Source: Nemertoderma westbladi (Eukaryota; Animalia; Xenacoelomorpha). From it: a stretch of DNA of 64,000 nt. The notes beneath the pieces were generated by a model. The model was not told the DNA's origin and searched no databases. It saw only the letters and a program-made list of their open reading frames with translations. Every line of letters starts with the position of its first letter. Position 1 is the stretch's first letter. Position numbers and translations under genes: made by a program. Shown one piece after another: positions 10,752-23,865 of the stretch. Where the stretch lies: positions 1 to 64,000 of the forward strand of contig JAUCBJ010007057.1 in assembly GCA_032718475.1 (NCBI GenBank), given 5' to 3'.

Positions 10752-12780
10752 ACTATTACTAGTATCGGCATGCTGCATTGCAGCTGCATTTTTAAGAATG
10801 CTGTACCGGCTTGTCGACAAAATTGCGCCGCCACAACTCCCTATCAACCATGACATTTGCTAGATCATCCGCATCTTCAAGGGCAGTGTCCTTTAAGATG
10901 CGTCTCAAGAAGGTCATGGGCTGTCCACCATGCTTGTTCACTCCATGAGGCTGCCAAAGTACAAGATTATGCACTGGCTGGTCCTCACGGCGAAAGCAAT
11001 GTCCTCCAAAGCGGAGGCGATTTTGTTCTAGTGTCAAGCTTGGGGGAACCAATGAGACACCTCCAATGTTATATAGTGTCTGGTTGGAGATGTGTGCATT
11101 GTACTTGACACAATGAACCCGGCGTAGCATTCTTGTGAATGTGCTATCCAGAGATTTGGTGTCATCAGCAGTTAGAGCCCAGCATGGACTCCCATAGAGG
11201 AGTACTGGAACTACTGCTGCTCTAAATAATCGGACCTTAAGTTTCCGATTAATTCTCGGTGACTTCCAAATCCGGGAAAGCCTATTCAAGGCTGCCCATG
11301 CCTTTCCCTTACGTATTCGAAGGTCCTCACCTGACTTCCGGATCCATGATCCCAGGTAACAGAAGTCGTCCACATGCTCAAGCATACCATCCTTTGAGCG
11401 TATGCTCATCCGATCAGAGACTTGCTGAGAACTTTCAAAGTTAACTGTCAAAATTTTGCTCTTTCTGGAGTTAATAAAAAGACCAACACTCGAAGCAGCA
11501 TGTTCTAATGAGCTGAGGAGCCGTTGGGCTCTAGTGATTCTGAGAGTACTCCTAAGTCATCAGCAAAGTCTAGATCAGTTAGGTACTTGGCAGGATTTCC
11601 TCGACTTCTGGAGCCAGTAGGTGGAGTTATCATCACCCCATCATCATTATGATGATCTAAGGACATGCGTAGAACATAGTCAACCACAATTATGAACAAG
11701 AATGGTGCAAGTGTGTCTCCCTGGAGGACGCCCCATAACACTTCAAATGGTTCAGTGTCACCATCAACAGTAGACACAAATGTTGTCGAACCATCGTATA
11801 CTGATCCGATTGCTGCAATAATTTCATCAGGAATCCCATATAATGAAAGTATGCTGAACATACGTGAGCGGGAGACTGAATCATAGGCCTTGAAGAAGTC
11901 AACAAAGATAACAGCCAGATGCCTGTCTTTCTTTTTTGATAACTCTTCAATTATCCTTCTAAGTGCCAAAATTGGCTCCATTGTCCCACGACCTTTACGG
12001 AACCCATTCTGATTTCCACGGAGTAGTCTCTCAATGGGATCCCTGATGCGATTTAATATAATTCTATTGTATAGCTTTGCAGTAATCAAGATCAATGAGA
12101 TTCCCCGAAAAGAACCATAGAGTGTTAGGTTGCCCTTCTTGGGAACTGGCACCAACTTATTTGTTTTCATTTCTTGTGGGACTCTTGTTGTATGGTACAT
12201 GTCTACTATGATGGGATAGATGAGCTTTAAACACTCAGGTATTTTAAAGACCTCAGGGGGAACACCATCTACTCCACTGGCACGATTGGTCTTAATGCTC
12301 TTTGCAGCAGCCTTCACTTCTGCAAAGGAGATATCGCCAATGGGAATATCTGGGAGTACAGACTCAGACACTTGTACTTCTATAAAGTTATCAGGCCATA
12401 CCCTGTCATTATTGAGGAGCTTTTCAAAGTGGGCCTTCCAACCATTATTGAGGCGATCGGCTGGTGATTCAGCCTTAACCTTGGTGGTTGGTTGGCTTTT
12501 CCGCCCAGTAAGCAAGTTGATCGATTTCCATGCCTGGGATGATTGCCTGCTGTCGTCAGCATCATTGATGGCATCAACCTGTTAGATTATTAGCTCCTGT
12601 AGATTAACAGAGTACTGCCTGTTCAGGGACCTAGATGCAGCCTTAACTGCATTCTTGGCCGCTGTAGTCTGTTTGAGTCGGGACTCTTTCTGCGCCTTAT
12701 ATAGGTCATTTCGGCACTTCTGGATTTTGTTTTCAGTCCAGGGGGCCCTTTTCCTGTTTCGAGGGTAGGGAGGAACACTC
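10752..12780 (-). mobile_element. 5'-truncated non-LTR retrotransposon (RTE-like), RT pseudogene
   Basis: Non-LTR RT motifs FRGISL, QNGFRKGRGT, FVDFFKAYDSV, GVLQGDTLAPFLF, DFADD, FCYLGS and LLYGS. Frameshift near 11520-11535 (the frame continues AQRLLSSLEHAASSVGLFINSRKSK) and a stop near 12582. Short 3' UTR with a TAG-rich tail. Confidence 0.9.
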
Positions 12781-13357
12781 ATATAGAATTGAGAAACGTT
12801 CCTCTGGGGGGCGTTCTTGACCGCAAAAGGGCCAACGATCTGATAACTTTATGTTCATCCAGCCTAAAAACAATGTGTTTTTAGATCTAAAACCAAATGT
12901 TTTGGTTAATCGATCCAATTCACTGCACAACCAAATAAATATATAATCCAAACATGAAATACAATGTTATCACTAATTACGCAATAATTATGCAATTAAC
13001 AATTTCTAACTAACATATAAACTAACTATTATTGAGAGTATTGTAATCGGAATGAATAAGGTATTGTCTGAATCACGAGTCTAAATCAGAAGCATTCTAC
13101 ATTTACTGTACTGTTCAGAAGTAATAAATGCTACCTTTTATTTCAAAATATTATTGTTTTTGAAATCACCCATTATCTTTCCCATTATTATTTATAATAA
13201 ATTGTTATTATTGTTCTTTCACCCAATCTTGAGATATTGATCCCAACACTAATACTCTTTTCCTTCAAACTTATTCTAGTTTTTTGTTCTTGAGAAATAG
13301 CTGAAATATGTCGCAAAGGTTTACAAACGTCGCATGCTTCTTCCAGTACAAACGACA

Positions 13358-14590
13358 CTATTTACTACCTTTATTTAAAATCATAGATAGTAAAAAGTAA
13401 CATGTCACAATGAGTAAATATGTCAATGGGAACACAATTTTTGAAATTCTGTCGATCTTTAAAGGAAATTCTCTTGGATTGTGTTTATTCAATGACGATG
13501 CTGAGTTATTTGAGACAATGTTTGCATTGTTTGAAGCCTGGTTTGCGTTGTTTCGATTAGGAAACATGGTAGGGTCATAATCGCTGTATTTCGCATAATG
13601 ACAAACAAAAGCAAATTCCACTAAACTTCCGAAAATGTAGATATAGCCAATAGCAAAAATTATATCTAATGATTTAAGGTAAGCGACTTTTGGTAAACGT
13701 GAATATGTGCTCAAAACGAGAGTAGTCAAAGTTAGGAGAGTTGTTATTGATAGAGCTGCCCTGGCTGCCACTGAACGATAATCAACCCAAAACTGAATCC
13801 AAGATAAAATGACCACAAGGTTGAATGGAAAGTATATGGATATTATGTAGGCTGTTGTTGATCGTTCGAATGTAAAATCAACTACTAGTGTAGAGAAGTA
13901 CCCATAAGGATATAACGTTTCCTCTTCACTCCATGTAACATCAGACTGATGGATGTCTTTATGGTCAATCATTTGAAGATTACCATATATTTGCACAGCG
14001 CGGGTCTCATTAAATGTGTAAATTATTTCAGTATTGGGATAGGAATAACTTTCCATTCTCATTGGGCACCACTGTGTATCAATAGGGTAGTACCTAAAGT
14101 TGACCTTACATTTAATTTGTGCCCTGGCTCTTTGTGAGTGGTATATGTTGCCATCTGGACTTACTGCTATAAAACTATTTGCCATTGGTTCTCTGAAGAC
14201 AATCATTTCAATTGTGTTAGGAAAGAATAAATCTGGCTTCCATATTAAATCCGAGAAATCGCCACTAAATATCATAGGATTTTCATCACTGTACGATGTA
14301 TCATTGTAAGAAAGTCGTTGATCCATCCAGTTCATTCTCAAATACATGTCTATTTTAAATGTTTGGGTAATCTCATCAATACTTTCCATAGCATATATAC
14401 CAACACTGATTTTTACAGTCATTGGTGTTCCTCTAATTCCAGGCTTTGCTAATTTATTATAGTCTTTTGACAGAAGCATATCTGTAAGATTCGCCATTGA
14501 GTTAAATGCAGCATCACCTTGTAGGGTAATCGAAAGAACAACAATTAAAGCTGAAACATCATACAACATGGTGAAATATTTAAATTGCAT
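13358..14590 (-). CDS. Cys-loop ligand-gated ion channel subunit, GABA-A/anion-channel-like, single exon, 410 aa
   Basis: Hydrophobic N-terminal signal-like segment, IWKPDLFF, Cys-loop CKVNFRYYPIDTQWC, loop B ESYSY, M1 (YFPFNLVVILSWIQFWV), M2 (AARAALSITTLLTLTT), M2-M3 PKVAYLKSLD, M3 ending LVEFAFV, and M4 after IDRISKIVFP. Confidence 0.93.
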   Translation of the reverse strand: MQFKYFTMLYDVSALIVVLSITLQGDAAFNSMANLTDMLLSKDYNKLAKPGIRGTPMTVKISVGIYAMESIDEITQTFKIDMYLRMNWMDQRLSYNDTSYSDENPMIFSGDFSDLIWKPDLFFPNTIEMIVFREPMANSFIAVSPDGNIYHSQRARAQIKCKVNFRYYPIDTQWCPMRMESYSYPNTEIIYTFNETRAVQIYGNLQMIDHKDIHQSDVTWSEEETLYPYGYFSTLVVDFTFERSTTAYIISIYFPFNLVVILSWIQFWVDYRSVAARAALSITTLLTLTTLVLSTYSRLPKVAYLKSLDIIFAIGYIYIFGSLVEFAFVCHYAKYSDYDPTMFPNRNNANQASNNANIVSNNSASSLNKHNPREFPLKIDRISKIVFPLTYLLIVTCYFLLSMILNKGSK

Positions 14591-14809
14591 TGCAGTATGT
14601 TGTCTTATAGTAAACCAATTATATATTGTGATAAGAAAAGCAAAATAGAATAATTAAATTATTTCAAATCACTATTAATAAAAGCAAACAGTTTAAAATC
14701 TATGATCATTAACAATTTAAATATAGTAATTACAGTAATACTGATACAAATAAATAAATCTATATTGGTTCCTTCGAAAGTTAAACTATTGTAGATATTT
14801 TACAGTTGA

Positions 14810-16590
14810 TGACCTGTCTGGCCAAAACACTACGAGAATGGACAGATTGTGAAAGTCGGACAAGAGGGGCCCAGTCTACATCTCCCCAGTTGTCCAGCAT
14901 CCACACCTAGGCTCTCATAACCCCTGAAGAGTATGAGGCAAATCATTAAACTAGACTCACTAAACACAAGGACCCTCACCACAGCAATGCGGCAAAAATA
15001 ACCAACAGCACTTCCTGATAGATTGCATCTTACTTTACTATAATCGGCATCAAAGGGACATGGGATGAAGTCTGTGCAAGAAGTTAGCTCCACTACGGTC
15101 GAGAAAGGGTCGAGAAGGGTTGGAAGAAGCTCCAAGCTAATGGGAGGTGGATGTACATTTGTCTAGATTTCAGTTGATGACAGAGTTGCAAGTGTTGGAG
15201 TTGGTCGCTGTCGAAATCCTATTGCATATGCAGCATTGTATAAGGTCGACCAATTCACTGATAGAATCATCTGCTGCCACTTCTCATGCTATGGTAGGAA
15301 GGGAAACAAGTTGATTTTAATTGATGTTTTTTATTCCCACACAAGTACTGATTACAAAACAATTGTAGACAATTTTTTACAATAATCTTCACAAGGTGGG
15401 TGATTGGTTAGATCAACCTGCTTTTTTTGAAGTCCATTGCCTCTCAGATAAAGTTCGCCTTGGGTGTACAACAATTATGTAGAGGAAATTTATAGGAATT
15501 CATCCTTTCATCAATCACCCTTGCATTGTGCGTAATCTCTGGCCTTACGATCAAAGACAACTATATTTTTTTCTAGTTTACTATTTCTGAAGAAGTATAG
15601 GAACTTAATGTCTCAATGCCTCACAGTGCTACATTTCCAAACTTACCATTGTCTTGTTATGTGCAGAAATAAACTAAGTATTTGTTCAAACAAGACTGTT
15701 AAAAGACCATGATGTTTAATGACCATGATGCATGAAGAACCCTAGTGTAATGGAAACCTTATCTATTAGGTTCAACCGTTTTAACACACACTGGTCAGTG
15801 ATGTGAGTGATGCAGCCAATAAGAGTTTCCATACAACAGAAGCCCAACCAACAAGCATTAGAGGTTGAGTAAATCAACTTATGTTAAAGTTGCAGTCAAA
15901 GATGCATTAGCAGCACTGAGTCGACAGTACTCTGACAATCAGGCTTATCTATCTAGTCAATAAGTGAATTCCATCCATCAATACCACCGGTGAAAGTAGG
16001 AGATATGCTTTGGCAAGGCGAGATATCAATCTTCTATCTGGTAAGGTAACAACGGTATCTCCCAGCTGATCGTCTGGCTGGCTTAAAGCTCACTTTGAGA
16101 AAATGTGCAATAATGATCGAGTACTTCCTGATGATTAAGATTCAGTGGGCACTACTGAAGAACCGAGCTCGCTCGACCTAGTAGTAGTAGTCATACTTCC
16201 TGATGACTTCGTTATATACATTATGTGGTTTCCTACATCCCCGCAGGCGATATCACATTTTTTGAAGTAGAAACTGCTGAATACATCCTCTAGTATACAA
16301 GATCCATGAATGCTTACTCCTAATCCATCCCATTCTGAAACAATATGTACTATACAAAGGCCCCACCACAAGAAATGAGACCTAACAAGCAGAACAAGTC
16401 CTTAAAGAAGTAAGACTTAAGACTGATTGTATAATCAGTCTTATATTGAATGCAACTGACCTTTTCAACAGAATAATATTGTACCATATAAGGGATACTG
16501 TTTAAAGGTTCGGATAGCAAGTAGGAAGGTTTCATAAATGAATATTGAAGAATGGTCTACAAGGAAAGACAGGCATCTAGCCATAATCTG
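14810..16590 (+). mobile_element. Heavily degenerate RTE-like LINE relic of the same family as 10752-12780
   Basis: Patches match the minus-strand LINE: CAGCTGATCGTCTGGCTGGCTTAAAGCTCACTTTGAGAAA..AATAATGATCGA (ADRL..WKAHFEK..NNDR) and AAAGACAGGCATCTAGCC (KDRHLA). Boundaries are approximate. Confidence 0.65.
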
Positions 16591-17613
16591 TATACACATG
16601 TTTCAATGTTTCAATGTCTTTTGTCTTCTTGTTATTAACAAAGAGACCATTCGTCACTAGAGGCAACTTCTTCTGAGCTGTGTAATTTTGAAGGATGTTG
16701 AACGTAGATCACAATGGTAATGAATGGAAATGATGCTAGTGTGTTTTCCTACATGATACCAATCTGAACTTCAAATGAATCTGTGATGCCCTGTGAAGTG
16801 GAAACGAATGCCATTAATCCGTCAAAAATTGATCTTAGCGGATCAAATCAATGATTTCATCAGCGCGCCTCTTGGCCTTATTCTTGAAAAGTGACATCCA
16901 ATCGGATGTATCAGTGCATTATGTTAGCATATCATGTCTATCTCTGTCTATCTGGAAGTTGGTATCATTGTTGTTTTGTGGTTTTGGTGCATCAATGATC
17001 TGGGCAGTGTAAGTAAAGATCCCACAGAGAAGCCCTCCATCCCCATCTTAAATTTACCCATCAAAATTAGGAATAGGCCCACTTATCTGTTCTCGACTGG
17101 ATATCATACTGGTGGACTAATCTATTCATTTCCAGATTTCGTCCCCTGAGAATGCCTTCATTTCCCGAGCCATGGTTGACCTTCTGATAACTGATTGCTT
17201 GCCATTAAGTTATATTATCAATTCTGCTATGGCCGGGTGTATCCCCATATTATATTGATGTGTTTGTTAAATCACACTGTTTGTGCTTATTTTCAATAAA
17301 ATGCATATGCAAATGAGATTGATAGGTATGGGTATTGTGAGAAGGGAACATTTTAAACTACGGTAAGTCGGCAAGTAAGTTGTAATTTGGTGATTTTAAT
17401 GCTTAATTAATGATAAATAAATGTATTGAATATATAATAAATTGGCCACAATGCTTAAAGAAAACTACTGTGCTGTAAACAAAAGTAATACATTATTTTT
17501 AAAATAAATGAGGTGCGTTGATTTTAATGAGAATGAATTTATTAGTCACTTAATATTATTATTAACATAAGTTTACCTATATTATTGCTTATCATATATA
17601 TTCTTCATTTGTG

Positions 17614-17733
17614 TTAATTAAAGATAACAATAGTAAAGGTTTTCAACCTACCGGTCTGCATCAGACTATATAACTAGCAACTCATTAGCAGACCGGTAGG
17701 TCGAAAACGTTTACTATTGTTATCTTTAATTAA
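17614..17733. repeat. Inverted repeat with ~46-bp arms containing a hammerhead-like core
   Basis: Arms 17614-17659 and 17688-17733 differ at 2 positions. The minus strand reads CTGATGCA-GACC-GGTA-GGTT-GAAAAC. Confidence 0.8.
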
Positions 17734-17768
17734 TATAATAAACCAGCTAAAGACCCTCAATATTTTAT

Positions 17769-20700
17769 TTTATTTCTACCATCCATACACTATGTTACCG
17801 CTGGTTAATGCCTACCACTTCATCCGTTCATTTATTTCTACCATCCATACACTATGTTACCGCTGGTTAATGCCTACCACTTCATCCGTTCGTTTATTTC
17901 TACCACCCATACACTATGTTACCGCTGGTTAATGCCTACCACTTCATCCGTTCGTTTATTTCTACCATCCATACACTATGTTACCGCTGGTTAATGCCTA
18001 CCACTTCATCCGTTCGTTTATTTCTACCACCCAGACACTATGTTACCGCTGGTGAATGCCTACCACTTCATCCGTTCGTTTATTTCTACCATCCATACAC
18101 AATGTTACCGCTGGTTAATGCCTACCACTTCATCCGTTCGTTTATTTCTATCATCCATACACTATGTTACCGCTGGTTAATGCCTACCACTTCATCCGTT
18201 CGTTTATTTCTACCACCCAGACACTATGTTACCGCTGGTTAATGCCTACCACTTCATCCGTTCGTTTATTTCTACCACCCATACACAATGTTACCGCTGG
18301 TTAATGCCTACCACTTCATCCGTTCGTTTATTTCTATCATCCATACACTATGTTACCGCTGGTTAATGCCTACCACTTCATCCGTTTGTTTATTTCTACC
18401 ACCCAGACACTATGTTACCGCTGGTTAATGCCTACCACTTCATCCGTTCGTTTATTTCTACCACCCATACACTATGTTACCGCTGGTTAATGCCTACCAC
18501 TTCATCCGTTCGTTTATTTCTACCATCCATACACTATGTTACCGCTGGTTAATGCCTACCACTTCATCCGTTCGTTTATTTCTACCACCCAGACACTATG
18601 TTACCGCTGGTGAATGCCTACCACTTCATCCGTTCGTTTATTTCTACCATCCATACACAATGTTACCGCTGGTTAATGCCTACCACTTCATCCGTTCGTT
18701 TACTTCTACCATCCATACACAATGTTACCGCTGGTTAATGCCTACCACTTCATCCGTTCGTTTATTTCTACCATCCATACACTATGTTACCGCTGGTGAA
18801 TGCCTACCACTTCATCCGTTCGTTTATTTCTACCATCCATACACAATGTTACCGCTGGTTAATGCCTACCACTTCATCCGTTCGTTTATTTCTACCACCC
18901 AGACACTATGTTACCGCTGGTTAATGCCTACCACTTCATCCGTTCGTTTATTTCTACCACCCAGACACTATGTTGCCGCTGGTTAATGCCTACCACTTCA
19001 TCCGTTCGTTTATTTCTACCATCCATACATTATGTTACCGCTGGTTAATGCCTACCACTTCATCTGTTCGTTTATTTCTACCACCCAGACACTATGTTAC
19101 CGCTGGTGAATGCCTACCACTTCATCCGTTCGTTTATTTCTATCATCCATACACTATGTTACCGCTGGTTAATGCCTACCACTTCATCCGTTCGTTTATT
19201 TCTACCACCCAGACACTATATTACCGCTGGTGAATGCCTACCACTTCATCCGTTCGTTTATTTCTACCATCCATACACTATGTTACCGCTGGTTGATGCC
19301 TACCACTTCATCCGTTCGTTTATTTCTACCACCCAGACACTATGTTACCGCTGGTTAATGCCTACCACTTCATCCGTTCGTTTATTTCTACCATCCATAC
19401 ACTATGTTACCGCTGGTTAATGCCTACCACTTCATCCGTTTGTGTATTTCTACCACCCAGACACTATGTTACCGCTGGTTAATGCCTACCAATTCATCCG
19501 TTCGTATATTTCTACCATCCATACACTATGTTACCGCTGGTTAATGCCTACCACTTCATCCGTTCGTTTATTTCTATCATCCATACACTATGTTACCGCT
19601 GGTTAATGCCTACCACTTCATCCGTTCGTTTATTTCTACCATCCATACACTATGTTACCGCTGGTTAATGCCTACCACTTCATCCGTTCGTTTATTTCTA
19701 CCATCCAGACACTATGTTACCGCTGGTTAATGCCTACCACTTCATCTGTTCGTTTATTTCTATCATCCATACACTATGTTACCGCTGGTTAATGCCTACC
19801 ACTTCATCCGTTCGTTTATTTCTGCCATCCATACACTATGTTACCGCTGGTTAATGCCTACCACTTCATCCGTTCGTTTATTTCTACCATCCAGACACTA
19901 TGTTACCGCTGGTTAATGCCTACCACTTCATCCGTTCGTTTATTTCTACCATCCATACACTATGTTACCGCTAGTTAATGCCTACCACTTCATCCGTTCG
20001 TTTATTTCTACCATCCATACACTATGTTACCGCTAGTTAATGCCTACCACTTCATCCGTTCGTTTATTTCTACCATCCATACATTATGTTACCGCTGGTT
20101 AATGCCTACCACTTCATCCGTTCGTTTATTTCTGCCATCCATACACTATGTTACCGCTGGTTAATGCCTACCACTTCATCCGTTCGTTTATTTCTACCAC
20201 CCATACACTATGTTACCGCTAGTTAATGCCTACCACTTCATCCGTTCGTTTATTTCTATCATCTATACACTATGTTACCGCTGGTTAATGCCTACCACTT
20301 CATCCGTTCGTTTATTTCTACCATCCATACACTATGTTACCGCTGGTTAATGCCTACCACTTCATCCGTTCGTTTATTTCTACCACCCATACACTATGTT
20401 ACCGCTGGTTAATGCCTACCACTTCATCCGTTCGTTTATTTCTACCATCCATACACTATGTTATCGCTGGTTAATGCCTACCACTTCATCCGTTCGTTTA
20501 TTTCTACCATCCATACACTATGTTATCGCTGGTTAATGCCTACCACTTCATCCGTTCGTTTATTTCTACCATCCATACATTATGTTACCGCTGGTGAATG
20601 CCTACCACTTCATCTGTTCGTTTATTTCTACCACCCATACACTATGTTACCGCTGGTTAATGCCTACCACTTCATCCGTTCGTTTATTTCTACCATCCAT

Positions 20701-23700
20701 ACACTATGTTACCGCTGGTTAATGCCTACCACTTCATCCGTTCGTTTATTTCTACCATCCATACACTATGTTACCGCTGGTTAATGCCTACCACTTCATC
20801 CGTTCGTTTATTTCTACCATCCATACACTATGTTACCGCTGGTTAATGCCTACCACTTCATCCGTTCGTTTATTTCTACCACCCATACACTATGTTACCG
20901 CTGGTTAATGCCTACCACTTCATCCGTTCGTTTATTTCTACCATCCATACACTATGTTATCGCTGGTTAATGCCTACCACTTAATCCGTTCGTTTATTTC
21001 TACCATCCATACACTATGTTACCGCTGGTTAATGCCTACCACTTCATCCGTTCGTTTATTTCTACCATCCATACACTATGTTATCGCTGGTTAATGCCTA
21101 CCACTTCATCCGTTCGTTTATTTCTACCATCCATACATTATGTTACCGCTGGTGAATGCCTACCACTTCATCTGTTCGTTTATTTCTATCACCCATACAC
21201 TATGTTACCGCTGGTTAATGCCTACCACTTCATCCGTTCGTTTATTTCTACCATCCATACACTATGTTACCGCTGGTTAATGCCTACCACTTTATCCGTT
21301 CCTTTATTTCTACCATCCATACACTATGTTACCGCTGGTTAATGCCTACCACTTCATCCGTTCGTTTATTTCGACCACCCATACACTATGTTACCGCTGG
21401 TTAATGCCTACCACTTCATCCGTTCGTTTATTTCTACCATCCATACACTATGTTATCGCTGGTTAATGCCTACCACTTAATCCGTTCGTTTATTTCTACC
21501 ATCCATACACTATGTTACCGCTGGTTAATGCCTACCACTTCATCCGTTCGTTTATTTCTACCATCCATACACTATGTTATCGCTGGTTAATGCCTACCAC
21601 TTCATCCGTTCGTTTATTTCTACCATCCATACATTATGTTACCGCTGGTGAATGCCTACCACTTCATCTGTTCGTTTATTTCTATCACCCATACACTATG
21701 TTACCGCTGGTTAATGCCTACCACTTCATCCGTTCGTTTATTTCTACCATCCATACACTATGTTACCGCTGGTTAATGCCTACCACTTTATCCGTTCCTT
21801 TATTTCTACCATCCATACACTATGTTACCGCTGGTTAATGCCTACCACTTCATCCGTTCGTTTATTTCTACCATCCATACACTATGTTACCGCTGGTTAA
21901 TGCCTACCACTTCATCCGTTCGTTTATTTCTACCACCCATACACTATGTTACCGCTGGTTAATGCCCACCACTTCATCCGTTCGTTTATTTCTACCACCC
22001 ATACACTATGTTACCGCTGGTTAATGCCTACCACTTCATCCGTTCGTTTATTTCCACCACCCATACACTATGTTACCGCTAGTTAATGCCTACCACTTCA
22101 TCCGTTCGTTTATTTCTTACCACCCATACACTATGTTACCGCTAGTTAATGCCTACCACTTCATCCGTTCGTTTATTTCTACCATCCATACACTATGTTA
22201 CCGCTGGTTAATGCCTACCACTTCATCCGTTCGTTTATTTCTATCATCCATACACTATGTAACCGCTGGTTAATGCCTACCACTTCATCCGTTCATTTAT
22301 TTCTACCATCCATACACTATGTTACCGCTGGTTAATGCCTACCACTTCATCCGTTCGTTTATTTCTACCACCCATACACTATGTTACCGCTGGTTAATGC
22401 CTACCACTTCATCCGTTCGTTTATTTCTACCACCCATACACTATGTTACCGCTGGTTAATGCCTACCACTTCATCCGTTCGTTTATTTCTACCACCCATA
22501 CACTATGTTACCGCTAGTTAATGCCTACCACTTCATCCGTTCGTTTATTTCTTACCACCCATACACTATGTTACCGCTGGTTAATGCCTACCACTTCATC
22601 CGTTCGTTTATTTCTACCACCCATACACTATGTTACCGCTGGTTAATGCCTACCACTTCATCCGTTCGTTTATTTCTACCACCCATACACTATGTTACCG
22701 CTAGTTAATGCCTACCACTTCATCCGTTCGTTTATTTCTTACCACCCATACACTATGTTACCGCTAGTTAATGCCTACCACTTCATCCGTTCGTTTATTT
22801 CTACCATCCATACACTATGTTACCGCTGGTTAATGCCTACCACTTCATCCGTTCATTTATTTCTACCATCCATACACTATGTTACCGCTGGTTAATGCCT
22901 ACCACTTCATCCGTTCGTTTATTTCTACCACCCATACACTATGTTACCGCTGGTTAATGCCTACCACTTCATCCGTTCGTTTATTTCTACCACCCATACA
23001 CTATGTTATCGCTGGTTAATGCCTACCACTTCATCCGTTCGTTTATTTCTACCACCCATACACTATGTTACCGCTGGTTAATGCCTACCACTTCATCCGT
23101 TCGTTTATTTCTACCACCCATACACTATGTTACCGCTAGTTAATGCCTACCACTTCATCCGTTCGTTTATTTCTTACCACCCATACACTATGTTACCGCT
23201 GGTTAATGCCTACCACTTCATCCGTTCGTTTATTTCTACCACCCATACACTATGTTACCGCTGGTTAATGCCTACCACTTCATCCGTTCGTTTATTTCTA
23301 CCACCCATACACTATGTTACCGCTAGTTAATGCCTACCACTTCATCCGTTCGTTTATTTCTACCATCCATACACTATGTTACCGCTGGTTAATGCCTACC
23401 ACTTCATCCGTTCGTTTATTTCTTACCACCCATACACTATGTTACCGCTAGTTAATGCCTACCACTTCATCCGTTCGTTTATTTCTACCATCCATACACT
23501 ATGTTACCGCTGGTTAATGCCTACCACTTCATCCGTTCGTTTATTTCTATCATCCATACACTATGTAACCGCTGGTTAATGCCTACCACTTCATCCGTTC
23601 GTTTATTTCTACCATCCATACATTATGTTACCGCTGGTGAATGCCTACCACTTCATCCGTTTGTTTATTTCTACCACCCATACACTATGTTACCGCTGGT

Positions 23701-23865
23701 GAATGCCTACCACTTCATCCGTTCGTTTATTTCTACCATCCATACACTATGTTACCGCTGGTTAATGCCTACCACTTCATCCGTTCGTTTATTTCTATCA
23801 TCTATACACTATGTTACCGCTGGTTAATGCCTACCACTTCATCCGTTCGTTTATTTCTACTATCC
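17769..23865 (+). repeat. 62-bp satellite array, left part (~98 units)
   Basis: Unit TATTTCTACCATCCATACACTATGTTACCGCTGGTTAATGCCTACCACTTCATCCGTTCGTT repeated head to tail. Confidence 0.98.

Noticed and set aside
17769-17830. Hammerhead ribozyme in the 62-bp monomer (minus strand CGGATGA...GAAA)
   Set aside because: The core is CGGA rather than CUGA, and no stem II can form between the two boxes.
17769-23865. CRISPR-like array or repeated small ORFs (MLPLVNAYHF...)
   Set aside because: Head-to-tail identical units with no unique spacers, no cas genes and a eukaryotic context. The ORFs are repeat translations.
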